Assembly: GCA_002269645.1 (NCBI GenBank) | Contig: NIVC01001973.1 | Coordinates: forward strand, 62,001-126,000 | Reading direction: 5' to 3' | DNA: 64,000 bases | Source: Macrostomum lignano | Lineage: Eukaryota | Shown: one piece after another, positions 12,860 to 25,253 of the stretch | Position numbering within the stretch: position 1 is the first letter of the stretch | How the letters are laid out: each line of letters opens with the position of its first letter | Notes under the pieces: model-generated | Told to the model about the DNA's origin: nothing | The model's input: only the letters and a program-made list of their open reading frames with translations | Database searches by the model: none | Translations under genes and position numbers: made by a program

Positions 12860-13575
12860 GAGGCGCTAGAAGGGCTCATTGGGGCGCTAGAAGGGGTCAG
12901 GAAGCGCTATAAGGGGAACAGGGGGGGCGCTAGAAGGGATCAGGGGGCGCTAGAAGGGGAACAGGGGGGCGCTAGAAGGGGAACAGGGGGCGCCAGAAGG
13001 GATCAGGGGGCGCTAAAAGGGATCAGGGGGCGCTAGAAGGGATCAGGGGCGCTAGAAGGGATCAGGGGGCGCTAGAAGGAATCAGGGGGCGCTAGAAGGG
13101 ATCAGGGGGCGCTAAAAGGGATCAGGGGGCGCTAGAAGGGATCAGGGGGCGCTAGAAGGGATCAGGGGGCGCTAGAAGGAATCAGGGGGCGCTAGAAGGG
13201 GAACAGGGGGCGCAAGAAGGGATCAGGGGGCGCTAGAAGGGATCAGGGGGCTCTATAAGGGATCAGGGGGCGCTAGAAGGGATCAGGGGGCGCTAGAAGG
13301 GATCAGGGGGCGCTAGAAGGGATCAGGGGCGCTAGAAGGGATCAGGGGGCGCTAGAAGGGATCAGGGCGCTAGAAGGGGTCAGGGGCGCTAGAATGGATC
13401 AGGGGGGCGCTAGAAGGGGTCAGGGGCGCTAGAAGGGATCAGGGGGCGCTAGAAGGGATCAGGGCGCTAGAAGGGGTCAGGGGCGCTAGAATGGATCAGG
13501 GGGGCGCTAGAAGGGGTCAGGGGAGCGCTAGAAGGGATCAGGGGCGCTAGAAGGGATCGGGTGGCGCTAGAAGAG
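12860..13575. repeat. 19-20-bp minisatellite (GGGGGCGCTAGAAGGGATCA)
   Basis: Direct repeats just downstream of the TFAP2 stop codon. Confidence 0.97.
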
Positions 13576-13813
13576 GATAGGAGAGCGCAGTTCTTGACCA
13601 GCCACTCAATATGTGCAGTTAATATGGGGCGAAACTCGCAAAAATTGAAGATTTCACGCAAAAACAAGGGTGCTTTAATTCCTGTTTAATTCTTACTTAA
13701 GACGGCTGCATTAGTTCGATAATGCACAAAAATCGACAAGAAAAACAATATTATTTAACTTCAAGAAAACTTTGCAAGCTTGAAACTCTTCATGTTAAAT
13801 ATTAGCAAAGCAG

Positions 13814-14111
13814 TCACTGCTTATCATGCTTTCCACCGCCTGAATGCATATCGGAGCCGGCCATTTTTCCCGCGCTGGCAACGGGCGTCAGGCCGGACAT
13901 CTCTCTATCCAGCGACTTCACCATCTCACTGAGAATGCTCTGCACCACTGTGAACGCCGACACCATTGCCGGAGCACCGAACCCGTGAGTGATGAGGCTG
14001 AAGTGAGTCAGGTGACGCTGGATGCCGCCGTCCAGTACCGCATTTGGCCGAGTGTTGCACAATGGGGAGCGGTCTTTGTTGAGCATGTCCGTGACCTCTT
14101 GGAGTAGGCCT
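13814..14111 (-). CDS. TFAP2: AP-2 transcription factor, last coding exon (helix-span-helix C-terminus)
   Basis: Acceptor aaaatcag|A; (K)GLLQEVTDMLNKDRSPLCNTRPNAVLDGGIQRHLTHFSLITHGFGAPA matches AP-2 'QDRSPL..RP..ILEPGIQSCLTHF.LI.HGFG'; TGA at 13814-13816; phase 2 matches the previous exon. Confidence 0.95.
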
Positions 14112-14169
14112 CTGATTTTTGTTTTGGGGGGGGGGGCGAACCGTTAGATAAAGTTACATGTGTACCTCA

Positions 14170-14480
14170 GCGGTGGCGCCCCCTCAGATTGAATGACGCC
14201 CCTCCAATGGAATGGCGCCCCTCAAATTGAATGGCGCCCCCTTAAAAGGAATGGCGCCCCCTTAAAAGGAATGGCGCCCCCTCAGATTGAATGACGCCCC
14301 TCCAATGGAATGGCGCCCCTCAAATTGAATGGCGCCCACATAAAAGGAATGGCGCTCCCTAAAATAGAATGGCGCCCCTCAAATTGAATGGCGCCCCCTT
14401 AAAAGGAATGGCGCCCCCTTAGATGAAATGGCGCCCCCATTAAAGGAATGGCATCCCCTCAAATGGAATAGCGCCCCCTG
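14170..14480. repeat. 20-21-bp GGCGCC-core minisatellite (TGGCGCCCC..AAA..GAA) in the last TFAP2 intron
   Basis: Direct repeats. Confidence 0.92.
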
Positions 14481-14482
14481 AG

Positions 14483-16562
14483 AGGAGAGACAGGAGGGAG
14501 AGGGAGACAGGAGAGAGAGGGAGACAGGAGAGAGAGGGAGACAGGAGAGAGAGGGAGACAGGAGAGAGAGGGAGACAGGAGAAAGAGGGAGACAGGAGAG
14601 AGGCGGAGACAGGAGAGAGAGGGAGACAGGAGAGAGAGGCGGAGACAGGAGAGAGAGGGAGACAGGAGAGAGAGGCGGAGACAGGAGAGAGAGGGAGACA
14701 GGAGAAAGAGGGAGACAGGAGAGAGGCGGAGACAGGAGAGAGAGGGAGACAGGAGAGAGAGGCGGAGACAGGAGAGAGAGGGAGACAGGAGAGAGAGGCG
14801 GAGACAGGAGAGAGAGGGAGACAGGAGAGAGAGGGAGACAGGAGAGAGAGGGAGACAGGAGAGAGAGGCGGAGACAGGAGAGAGAGGGAGACAGGAGAGA
14901 GAGGCGGAGACAGGAGAGAGAGGGAGACAGGAGAGAGAGGCGGATACAGGAGAGAGAGGCGGAGACAGGAGAGAGAGGCGGAGACAGGAGAGAGAGGCGG
15001 AGACAGGAGAGAGAGGGAGACAGGAGAGAGAGGGAGACAGGAGAGAGAGGCGGAGACAGGAGAGAGAGGGAGACAGAGAGAGAGGCGGAGACAGAGATAG
15101 AGGGAGACAGGAGAGAGAGGCGGAGACAGGAGAGAGAGGGAGACAGGAGAGAGAGGCGGAGACAGGAGAGAGAGGGAGACAGGAGAGAGAGGCGGAGACA
15201 GGAGAGAGAGGGAGACAGGAGAGAGAGGCGGAGACAGGAGAGAGAGGCGGAGACAGGAGAGAGAGGCGGAGACAGGAGAGAGAGGCGGAGACAGGAGAGA
15301 GAGGGAGACAGGAGAGAGAGGGAGACAGGAGAGAGAGGCGGAGACAGGAGAGAGAGGGAGACAGAGAGAGAGGCGGAGACAGAGATAGAGGGAGACAGGA
15401 GAGAGAGGCGGAGACAGGAGAGAGAGGGAGACAGGAGAGAGAGGCGGAGACAGGAGAGAGAGGGAGACAGGAGAGAGAGGCGGAGACAGGAGAGAGAGGG
15501 AGACAGAGAGAGAGAGGCGGAGACAGAGAGAGAGGGAGACAGGAGAGAGAGGGAGACAGGAGAGAGAGGCGGAGACAGGAGAGAGAGGCGGAGACAGGAG
15601 AGAGAGGGAGACAGGAGAGAGAGGCGGAGACAGGAGAGAGAGGGAGACAGGAGAGAGAGGGAGACAGGAGAGAGAGGCGGAGACAGGAGAGAGAGGCGGA
15701 GACAGGAGAGAGAGGCGGAGACAGGAGAGAGAGGCGGAGACAGGAGAGAGAGGCGGAGACAGGAGAGAGAGGCGGAGACAGGAGAGAGAGGCGGAGACAG
15801 GAGAGAGAGGGAGACAGGAGAGAGAGGCGGAGACAGGAGAGAGAGGCGGAGACAGGAGAGAGAGGCGGAGACAGGAGAGAGAGGGAGACAGGAGAGAGAG
15901 GCGGAGACAGGAGAGAGAGGCGGAGACAGGAGAGAGAGGCGGAGACAGGAGAGAGAGGGAGACAGGAGAGAGAGAGGGAGACAGGAGAGAGAGGGAGACA
16001 GGAGAGAGAGGCGGAGACAGGAGAGAGAGGCGGAGACAGGAGAGAGAGGCGGAGACAGGAGAGAGAGGCGGAGACAGGAGAGAGAGGGAGACAGGAGAGA
16101 GAGGCGGAGACAGGAGAGAGAGGGAGACAGGAGAGAGAGGGAGACAGGAGAGAGAGGGAGACAGGAGAGAGAGAGGGAGACAGGAGAGAGAGGGAGACAG
16201 GAGAGAGAGGGAGACAGGAGAGAGAGGGAGACAGGAGAGAGAGGCGGAGACAGGAGAGAGAGGGAGACAGGAGAGAGAGGGAGACAGGAGAGAGAGGGAG
16301 ACAGGAGAGAGAGGGAGACAGGAGAGAGAGGGAGACAGGAGAGAGAGGGAGACAGGAGAGAGAGGGAGACAGGAGAGAGAGAGGGAGACAGGAGAGAGAG
16401 GGAGACAGGAGAGAGAGAGGGAGACAGGAGAGAGAGGGAGACAGGAGAGAGAGGGAGACAGGAGAGAGAGGGAGACAGGAGAGAGAGGGAGACAGGAGAG
16501 AGAGGGAGACAGGAGAGAGAGAGGGAGACAGGAGAGAGAGGGAGACAGGAGAGAGAGGGCGA
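14483..16562. repeat. ~2.1-kb purine-rich 17-19-bp minisatellite (GAGACAGGAGAGAGAGG[CG])
   Basis: Plus strand is almost entirely A/G; ORF 14379..16565 is an artefact of it. Confidence 0.98.
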
Positions 16563-16746
16563 CACGAGAAGAATTTTGTAGATGAAGTGATTAACAGAAT
16601 GGATTAGAGTGGATTTAAGTTTTTAAAAAGTATATTTTTAGCTTTGATTTGTAACGTTCTACAGCCCACAACTTATTCGTATCAGCTACTGGAAGTAGCA
16701 AATAAAATCTCGTATACTAAAACTGGTTAAAGGCCTACAAACTTAC

Positions 16747-16891
16747 TTAGCCGCTACAATGGAGCTTTTGCGGTGCTGCATCTCAACTGGGTCCGGGCTG
16801 ACGCCTCTGTTCAGGTAGTCAGCACAGGCCCTTGCTGGGAACTCCGTCTCGCACAAGTAGTTGAAGTCGCGGGCAAGGCGGACAGCTTCAC
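16747..16891 (-). CDS. TFAP2: AP-2 coding exon (helix-span-helix)
   Basis: cacatacag|GT GAA...GCT AA|gtaagt; (G)[47 protein letters not shown](K) corresponds to AP-2 '[28 protein letters not shown]'. Not in the ORF track. Confidence 0.96.
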
Positions 16892-16974
16892 CTGTATGTG
16901 GGGTGATTAATAATTAATGAGCAATTAATAAGTGTGTTTTGTCTGGCATGAAATGTTTTGGAGAAGTTTAGTTT

Positions 16975-18660
16975 GGCGCCTAATAAAAGTGTCATATGGC
17001 GCCAACTTAGAGTGTCATATGGCGACGTTATATGGCGCCAACTTAGTGTCACGTGGCGCCTAACTATAGTGTCATATGGTGCCTAACTATAGTGTCATAT
17101 GGCGCCTAATTATAATGCCATATGGCGCCTAATTATAATGCCATATGGCGCCTAACTAGATTGTCATGTGGCGCCAACTTAGAGTGCCATATGGCGCCTA
17201 ATTATAGTGTCATATGGCTTCACCTAGAGTGGAGCTTCATAGAGTGGAGCTTCAATTGGAGTTTCATATGGCGCCAACTTAGAGTATCATACACGTATGG
17301 CGCCAACTTAGAGTGTCATGTGGCGCCAACTTAGAGTGTCATGTGGCGCCAACTTAGAGTGTCATATGGCGCTAAACCAGAGTGTCATACTCATATGGTG
17401 CCAAGTTAGAGTGTCATGTAGCGCCAACTTAGAGTGTCATGTGGCGCCAACTTAGAGTGTCATGTGGCGCCAACTTAGAGTGTCATATGGCGCTAAACCA
17501 GAGTGTCATACTCATATGGTGCCAACTTAGAGTGTCATGTGGCGCCAACTTAGAGTGTCATGTAGCGCCAACTTAGAGTGTCATGTGGCGCCAACTTAGA
17601 GTGTCATGTAGCACCAACTTAGAGTCATGTAGCGCCAACTTAGAGTGTCATGTGGCGCCAACTTAGAGTGTCATATGGCGCTAAACCAGAGTGTCATACT
17701 CATATGGTGCCAACTTAGAGTGTCATGTAGCGCCAACTTAGAGTGTCATGTAGCGCCAACTTAGAGTGTCATGTGGCGCCAACTTAGAGTGTCATGTAGC
17801 ACCAACTTAGAGTGTCATGTGGCGCCAACTTAGAGTGTCATGTGGCGCCAACTTAGAGTGTCATATGGCGCTAAACCAGAGTGTCATACTCATATGGTGC
17901 CAACTTAGAGTGTCATGTAGCGCCAACTTAGAGTGTCAAGTGGCGCCAACTTAGAGTGTCATGTGGCGCCAACTTAGAGTGTCATGTAGCACTAACTTAG
18001 AGTGTCATGTGGCGCTAAACCAGAGTGTCATACTCATATGGTGCCAACTTAGAGTGTCATGTGGCGCCAACTTAGAGTGTCATGTGGCGCTAAACCAGAG
18101 TGTCATACTCATATGGTGCCAACTTAGAGTGTCATGTAGCGCCAACTTAGAGTGTCATGTGGCGCTAAACCAGAGTGTCATACTCATATGGTGCCAACTT
18201 AGAGTGTCACGTAGCGCCAACTTAGAGTGTCATGTAGCGCCAACTTAGAGGTCATGTAGCGCCAACTTAGAGTGTCATGTAGCGCCAACTTAGTGTCATG
18301 TAGCGCCAACTTAAAGTGTCATGTGGCGCCAACTTAGAGTGTCATGTAGCACCAACTTAGAGTGTCATGTGGCGCCAACTTAGAGTGTCATGTGGCGCCA
18401 ACTTAGAGTGTCATATGGCGCTAAACCAGAGTGTCATACTCATATGGTGCCAACTTAGAGTGTCATGTAGCGCCAACTTAGAGTGTCATGTGGCGCCAAC
18501 TTAGAGTGTCATGTGGCGCCAACTTAGAGTGTCATGTGGCGCCAACTTGGAGTGTCATATGGCGCCAACTTAGAGTGTCATGTGGCGCTAAACCAGAGTG
18601 TCATACTCATATGGTGCCAACTTAGAGTGTCATATGGCGCCAACTTAGAGTGTCTTATGA
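16975..18660. repeat. 23-bp minisatellite (GGCGCCAACTTAGAGTGTCATGT) with a recurring ~29-bp variant
   Basis: Direct repeats; the variant GGCGCTAAACCAGAGTGTCATACTCATAT recurs about 9 times. Confidence 0.97.
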
Positions 18661-19374
18661 CGTCGAAATAATATCTGGGTTCAATATTGTATGAATCCCT
18701 AGTTCATATACATTCTCTCTTTTAGCCACTCAGAACTGAAAACCCAATCCTATATTGTGCACCCTTAGAGAGCATTGTCAGTTTGCGTGCATGGCAACCG
18801 CCGCTAGCGCGCCCATCAGGTGCCGGCTGAAAAGAAGCTGGGATTCAGAATAGAGAAACTTGATCACTCCGGGAAGACCCTATCAGGATATTTCTAAGGG
18901 GATTTCATCTGGTAGGGGCGAAAATCTGTTATAAAGAATTTCTAACCAAAGATTTTATCTGTAATCAGTTTAGCAAGTTGAAAATCTCTTTATACATCTC
19001 TGTATGGAGGCTTACTGCTCTGGTTACTAGGGCGGGGGGAAGTGAGCGAAATTCAAGCCGACTCAGAATCCCGCTCTCGTGTTAATTCTTTCTGCTCTCC
19101 TCTCCTCGACAGCGCAACTGTGAGCTCCGGGTAATCCGACACCAGCTGCTGACACGCGGAAGTGAATAAAAGGTTTCATTCGATTCTTTTCCAATATTTT
19201 TTTGGTTTGAACTGGATTAGTAATGTCTCTTTGAGGACAGCTGGAGGCCCGAAAGGAACGTGAATTTGTCGTATCGCTGGTGCATCTAGCATGCTCACGA
19301 AAAATTGGGCTTTTCTTGACTGAAATTGTCTATGGCAAAAACCCTATTCACCGCTATCCGTTCGCTGGAACATA

Positions 19375-19765
19375 CTAGACTTGTCCCGAGATCCCATCCA
19401 GACTTGTCCACAGATCCCGTCCCGACTTGTCCCGAGATCCCGTCCCGACTTGTCCCGAGATCCCGTCCCGACTTGTCCCGATATCCCGTCCCGAATTGTC
19501 CCGAGATCTCGTCCCGACTTGTCCCGATATCCCGTCCCGAATTGTCCCGAGATCTCGTCCCGAATTGTCCCGATATCCCGTCCCGAATTGTCCCGAGATC
19601 TCGTCCCGACTTGTCCCGAGATCCCATCCCGACTTGTCCCGAGATCCCATCCCGACTTGTCCCGAGATCCCGTCCCGAATTGTCCCGAGATCCCATCCCG
19701 ACTTGTCCCGAGATCCCATCCCGACTTGTCCCGATATCCCGTCCCGACTTGTCCCGAGATCCCCT
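19375..19765. repeat. 23-bp minisatellite (CTTGTCCCGAGATCCCGTCCCGA)
   Basis: Direct repeats in a TFAP2 intron. Confidence 0.96.
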
Positions 19766-19846
19766 CCCAACCCCAAAAAGTTTTTTTCCGTCCGAGCGTC
19801 AGGAAACTCAAAGTCCGATCTCCATCAGGTTCCTGCACAGACTCAC

Positions 19847-20215
19847 CTTCGACTAGCGAAGTCAGCAAAGTCACGGTGGCCGCCTTCCGTCTTCCAGCCG
19901 GCAGATTCAGTCCGATTTTGTCTAGCTTGTCTCGCAACGATCGGCCACCGTTTTTACTCTTGGCCCGTCGCAGAACCCCGCCTAGCAGAGAGGCGTTGAG
20001 GCACTCTGGTGGACTCAGGCGACGTTGGATTTCCGCCACGGTCACTTTGTACTTGGAGGTGCTGGACAGGAGGCTGAGACGACCAGGCACGGAGCAGAAC
20101 AGATCCGATGGGGCGCCGAGTCCCGCTCCCAGTAGGATGTCTTTGGCAGCGGCAGCTGCGGCAGCTGCGGCGGCTGCTGCGGTGGCTGAATCAGTTGATG
20201 ACTTGGTGCGCATGC
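19847..20215 (-). CDS. TFAP2: AP-2 coding exon (basic DNA-binding region)
   Basis: cgctcag|GC ATG...GTC GAA G|gtgagt; contains [85 protein letters not shown], the diagnostic AP-2 sequence. Confidence 0.98.
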
Positions 20216-20249
20216 CTGAGCGTTTAGGGCAATGTTTTTGTTGTATTAA

Positions 20250-23200
20250 TTGTGTCAGAGGTGCGACTCGTGCATGCCTAATGACTGTTGGATTAGGTGT
20301 GCCAGATGTGACTCGTGCATGCCTAATGACTTTTGGATTAGGTGTGTCAGAGGTGTGACTCGTGCATGCCTAATGACTGTTGTATTAGGTGTGCCAGAGG
20401 TGTGACTCGTGCATGCCTAATGACTGTTGTATTAGGTGTGCCAGAGGTGTGACTCGTGCATGTCTAATGACTTTTGTATTAGGTGTGTCAGAGGTGTGAC
20501 TCGTGTCTGCCTAATGACTGTTGTATTAGGTGTGCCAGAGGTGTGACTCGTGCATGCCTAATGACTGTTGTATTAGGTGTGCCAGAGGTGTGACTCGTGC
20601 ATGTCTAATGACTTTTGTATTAGGTGTGTCAGAGGTGTGACTCGTGTCTGCCTAATGACTGTTGTATTAGGTGTGTCAGAGGTGTGACTCGTGTCTGCCT
20701 AATGACTGTTGTATTAGGTGTGTCAGAGGTGTGACTCGTGTCTGCCTAATGACTGTTGTATTAGGTGTGTCAGAGGTGTGACTTGTGTCTGCCTAGTGAC
20801 TGTTGTATTAGGTGTGTCAGAGGTGTGACTCATGTCTGCCTAATGACTGTTGGATTAGGTGTGTCAGAGGTGTGACTCGTGTCTGCCTAATGACTGTTGT
20901 ATTAATTGTGTCAGAGGTGTGACTCGTGTCTGCCTAATGACTGTTGTATTAGGTGTGTCAGAGGTGTGACCCGTGTCTGCCTAATGACTCTTGTATTAGG
21001 TGTGTCAGAGGTGTGACCCGTGTCTGCCTAATGACTGTTGTATTAGGTGTGTCAGAGGTGTGACCCGTGTCTGCCTAATGACTGTTGTATTAGGTGTGTC
21101 AGAGGTGTGACTCATGTCTGCCTAATGACTGTTGTATTAGGTGTGTCAGAGGTGTGACTCGTGTCTGCCTAATGACTGTTGTATTAGGTGTGTCAGAGGT
21201 GTGACTCGTGTCTGCCTAATGACTGTTGTATTAGGTGTGTCAGAGGTGTGACTCGTGCATGCCTAATGACTTTTGTATTAGGTGTGTCAGAGGTGCGACT
21301 CGTGCATGCCTAATGACTTTTGGATTAGGTGTGTCAGAGGTGTGACTCGTGTCTGCCTAATGACTCTGTTGTATTAGGTGTGTCAGAGGTGTGACTCGTG
21401 TCTGCCTAATGACTGTTGTATTAGGTGTGTCAGAGGTGTGACCCGTGTCTGCCTAATGACTGTTGTATTAGGTGTGTCAGAGGTGTGACTCGTGCATGCC
21501 TAATGACTCTGTTGTATTAGGTGTGTCAGAGGTGTGACCCGTGTCTGCCTAATGACTCTGTTGTATTAGGTGTGTCAGAGGTGTGACTCGTGCATGTCTA
21601 ATGACTTTTGTATTAGGTGTGTCAGAGGTGTGACTCGTGTCTGCCTAATGACTGTTGTATTAGGTGTGTCAGAGGTGTGACTCGTGTCTGCCTAATGACT
21701 GTTGTATTAATTGTGTCAGAGGTGTGACTCGTGTCTGCCTAATGACTGTTGTATTAGGTGTGTCAGAGGTGTGACTCGTGTCTGCCTAATGACTGTTGTA
21801 TTAGGTGTGTCAGAGGTGTGACCCGTGTCTGCCTAATGACTGTTGTATTAGGTGTGTCAGAGGTGTGACTCGTGCATGCCTAATGACTTTTGTATTAGGT
21901 GTGTCAGAGGTGCGACTCGTGCATGCCTAATGACTTTTGGATTAGGTGTGTCAGAGGTGTGACTCGTGTCTGCCTAATGACTCTGTTGTATTAGGTGTGT
22001 CAGAGGTGTGACTCGTGTCTGCCTAATGACTGTTGTATTAGGTGTGTCAGAGGTGTGACCCGTGTCTGCCTAATGACTGTTGTATTAGGTGTGTCAGAGG
22101 TGTGACTCGTGCATGCCTAATGACTCTGTTGTATTAGGTGTGTCAGAGGTGTGACTCGTGTCTGCCTAATGACTGTTGTATTAGGTGTGTCAGAGGTGTG
22201 ACCCGTGTCTGCCTAATGACTGTTGTATTAGGTGTGTCAGAGGTGTGACCCGTGTCTGCCTAATGACTCTGTTGTATTAGGTGTGTCAGAGGTGTGACTC
22301 GTGCATGTCTAATGACTTTTGTATTAGGTGTGTCAGAGGTGTGACTCGTGTCTGCCTAATGACTGTTGTATTAGGTGTGCCAGAGGTGTGACTCGTGTCT
22401 GCCTAATGACTGTTGTATTAATTGTGTCAGAGGTGTGACTCGTATCTGCCTAATGACTGTTGTATTAGGTGTGTCAGAGGTGTGACTCGTGTCTGCCTAA
22501 TGACTGTTGTATTAGGTGTGTCAGAGGTGCGACTCGTGCATGCCTAATGACTGTTGTATTAGGTGTGTCAGAGGTGCGACTCGTGCATGCCTAATGACTG
22601 TTAGATTAGGTGTGTCAGAGGTGTGACTCGTGCATGCCTAATGACTGTTGTATTAGGTGTGTCAGAGGTGCGACTCGTGCATGCCTAATGACTGTTGGAT
22701 TAGGTGTGTCAGATGTGACTCATGTCTGCCTAATGACTGTTGTATTAGGTTTGTCAGAGGTGTGACTCATGTCTGCCTAATGACTGTTGTATTAGGTGTG
22801 TCAGAGGTGTGACTCGTGTCTGCCTAATGACTGTTGTATTAATTGTGTCAGAGGTGTGACTCGTGTCTGTCTAATGACTGTTCTATTAATTGTGTCAGAG
22901 GTGTGACTCGTGCATGCCTAATGACTGTTGTATTAGGTGTGTCAGAGGTGCGACTCGTGCATGCCTAATGACTGTTGTATTAGGTGTGTCAGAGGTGCGA
23001 CTCGTGCATGCCTAATGACTGTTGGATTAGGTGTGTCAGATGTGACTCATGTCTGCCTAATGACTGTTGTATTAGATGTGCCAGATGTGACTCGTGCATG
23101 CCTAATGACTGTTGGATTAGGTGTGCCAGATGTGACTCGTGCATGCCTAATTACTGTTGTATTAGGTGTGCCAGATGTGACTCGTGCATGCCTAATGACT

Positions 23201-23515
23201 GTTGTATTAGGTGTGTCAGAGGTGTGACTCGTTCATGCCTAATGACTGTTGTATTAGGTGTGTCAGAGGTGTGACTCGTGCATGCCTAATGACTGTTGTA
23301 TTAGGTGTGTCAGAGGTGTGACCCGTGTCTGCCTAATGACTCTTGTATTAGGTGTGTCAGAGGTGTGACTCGTGCATGCCTAATGACTGTTGTATTAGGT
23401 GTGTCAGAGGTGTGACTCATGTCTGCCTAATGACTGTTGTATTAGGTGTGTCAGAGGTGTGACTCGTGTCTGCCTAATGACTCTGTTGTATTAGGTGTGT
23501 CAGATGTGACTAATG
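20250..23515. repeat. ~3.2-kb 47-bp (some 49-bp) minisatellite (GTGTCAGAGGTGTGACTCGTG(TC/CA)TGCCTAATGACTGTTGTATTAGGT)
   Basis: About 70 direct copies filling most of the intron. Confidence 0.98.
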
Positions 23516-24099
23516 TTTGCTAATAACTTGCTACAGCTGTATCTCATGTTATATTCATCCGAATTGGCAGTAGTTTTATGGAGATTTCAAACTTGGCAAT
23601 CTGGCAAATCAAGACTCGCTTCATCAAGCGCACCCAAGAACTTGTTATTTGCAGTTAGTTAAATCTTACTGATGAGGAATAAATACAACAATCAGCAGGG
23701 CTCCGCCGTTCAGAATCGCTAAGCTGGGAATAATCTGGCGCACAATTGGAGATTAGGGATTCGAATTGATGCTGAAGAGCAGGATTCGAGTGAAGTCAAG
23801 CGGAAAAAAGAAACTCTGACTGTTTCTAAATGCCGGATTGCAAAGTGCTAGGGATAGACGCCGACAAGGGAAAGAGACTTGTTCTGCCTCGAGGGCATTT
23901 GGCTCACCCAGAAAGTTTTCCAAATCCCTATCTGAGTCTGAGTCTGGCCTAGTTGAGAATTAGCAGAATTACAAAGAGCCGACACTGGAGAGACGTGCAT
24001 AAATACAGAGTATTGGAGTGGAGTATGGCAAAAGTTTTACTCCATTTATTGCATAAAGCCGTGAGCCGAAACGTAGAACTTACAAGAAGTGCTTCTATA

Positions 24100-24468
24100 T
24101 CTGAGGGTCAGAGGTGTCAGGATCTGGGTCCCAAAAGTGTCAGGATCCGAGGGTCAGAAGTGTCAGGATCCGAGGGTCAAAAGTGTCAGGATCCGAGGGT
24201 CAGAAGTGTCAGGATCTGGGTCCCAAAAGTGTCATGATTCGAGGGTCAGAAGTGTCAGGATCCGAGGGTCAAAAGTGTCAGGATCCGAGGGTCAAAAGTG
24301 TCAGGATCCGAGGGTCAGAAGTGTCAGGATCTGGGTCCCAAAAGTGTCAGGATCCGAGGGTCAAAAGTGTCAGGATTCGAGGGTCAGAAGTGTCAGGATC
24401 CGAGGGTCAGAAGTGTCAGGATCCGAGGGTCAGAAGTGTCAGGATCCGAGGGTCAGAGGTGTCAGGAA
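24100..24468. repeat. 23-bp minisatellite (GTGTCAGGATCCGAGGGTCAGAA)
   Basis: Direct repeats. Confidence 0.96.
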
Positions 24469-24505
24469 CCGAATAGCAATCATATCAGTTTTTTCTACAT
24501 CTTAC

Positions 24506-24560
24506 CCCGTCGAGTCAGAACATGGTCCGGCGACATGTAGGAGCTGTCTTCCAGGCTTGA
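24506..24560 (-). CDS. TFAP2: AP-2 small linker exon (55 nt; SSLEDSSYMSPDHVLTRR-G)
   Basis: aatttgcag|TCA...CGG G|gtaag; phase 0 in and phase 1 out exactly bridge the flanking exons, at the position of vertebrate exon 3. Confidence 0.85.
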
Positions 24561-24650
24561 CTGCAAATTCGGGAATGTAAATAAGGATTATAGGTATAAA
24601 TTAACAGATGACGATTTGTAATCATAATCAACGATGATTAAAAAATTAAC

Positions 24651-24773
24651 CTGATTATCCAAGCTATGCACGGACAAGCCTAAACCAAGTTGTTCCAATT
24701 GCTGTTGCTGCTGCTGCTGCTGCTGCTGTTGCTGCTGCAGTTGCTGCTGCTGCTGATGTATCTGCTGCTGTTG

Positions 24774-24816
<43 letters not shown>

Positions 24817-25253
24817 AGTTCGTGCCTTCCACGGGCGGCCAGAGCGGCCGTGGCAACAGCGGCAGTCTGGTAGCCGCGGCAGCCGTGAGGATCAGGGTGT
24901 CCGTACAATGACCCGTAGCCCACGGCATTGGCGCTGGCAAATTGTTGCCAGGGATCGTGAAATTCGGCCGGCACCACCGAGTGCTGATGCGGCTGGTGCG
25001 AGTGATGATGCGGATAGGGCGGCGGGAAATAGGGAGGCTGGAAATCCGGCGGCGGAGGCTGTTGTTGCTGCTGCTGCTGCTGCTGGGTTGGGTTCTGCTG
25101 CGGAACCGTGGCAGCTGCAGCAGCCGCCGCTGCCGCCGCAGCTGCAGCGGACGCTGAGGCATGATGATGGCCGGATGCTGTCGAGGTTTGAGCGCCGAAC
25201 GGCGGCACCGGGGTGGCCAGACCGAGACTGTGCAGCTCGCCGCTGCGACGGTC
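24651..25253 (-). CDS. TFAP2: AP-2 exon with PY transactivation motif and polyA/polyQ tracts
   Basis: cacgcag|GAC CGT (DRRSG, cf. vertebrate exon-2 start DRHDG); DFQPPYFPPPY motif; ends GAT AAT CAG|gttaat; 603 nt open. Confidence 0.92.

Noticed and set aside
12860-13575. Array forming part of the TFAP2 3'UTR
   Set aside because: ATTAAA signals on the minus strand at about 13674-13690 could end the transcript first; undecidable from sequence.
13844-14107. Plus-strand 87-aa ORF
   Set aside because: Antisense shadow of the TFAP2 last exon.
14379-16565. 728-aa Ser/Leu/Pro ORF
   Set aside because: Translation of the 17-19-bp purine array inside a TFAP2 intron.
20250-23515. CRISPR-like look of the 47-bp array (also the ~106-119-bp repeats at 3590-3915)
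   Set aside because: Contiguous units with no unique spacers, no cas genes, eukaryotic intronic context.
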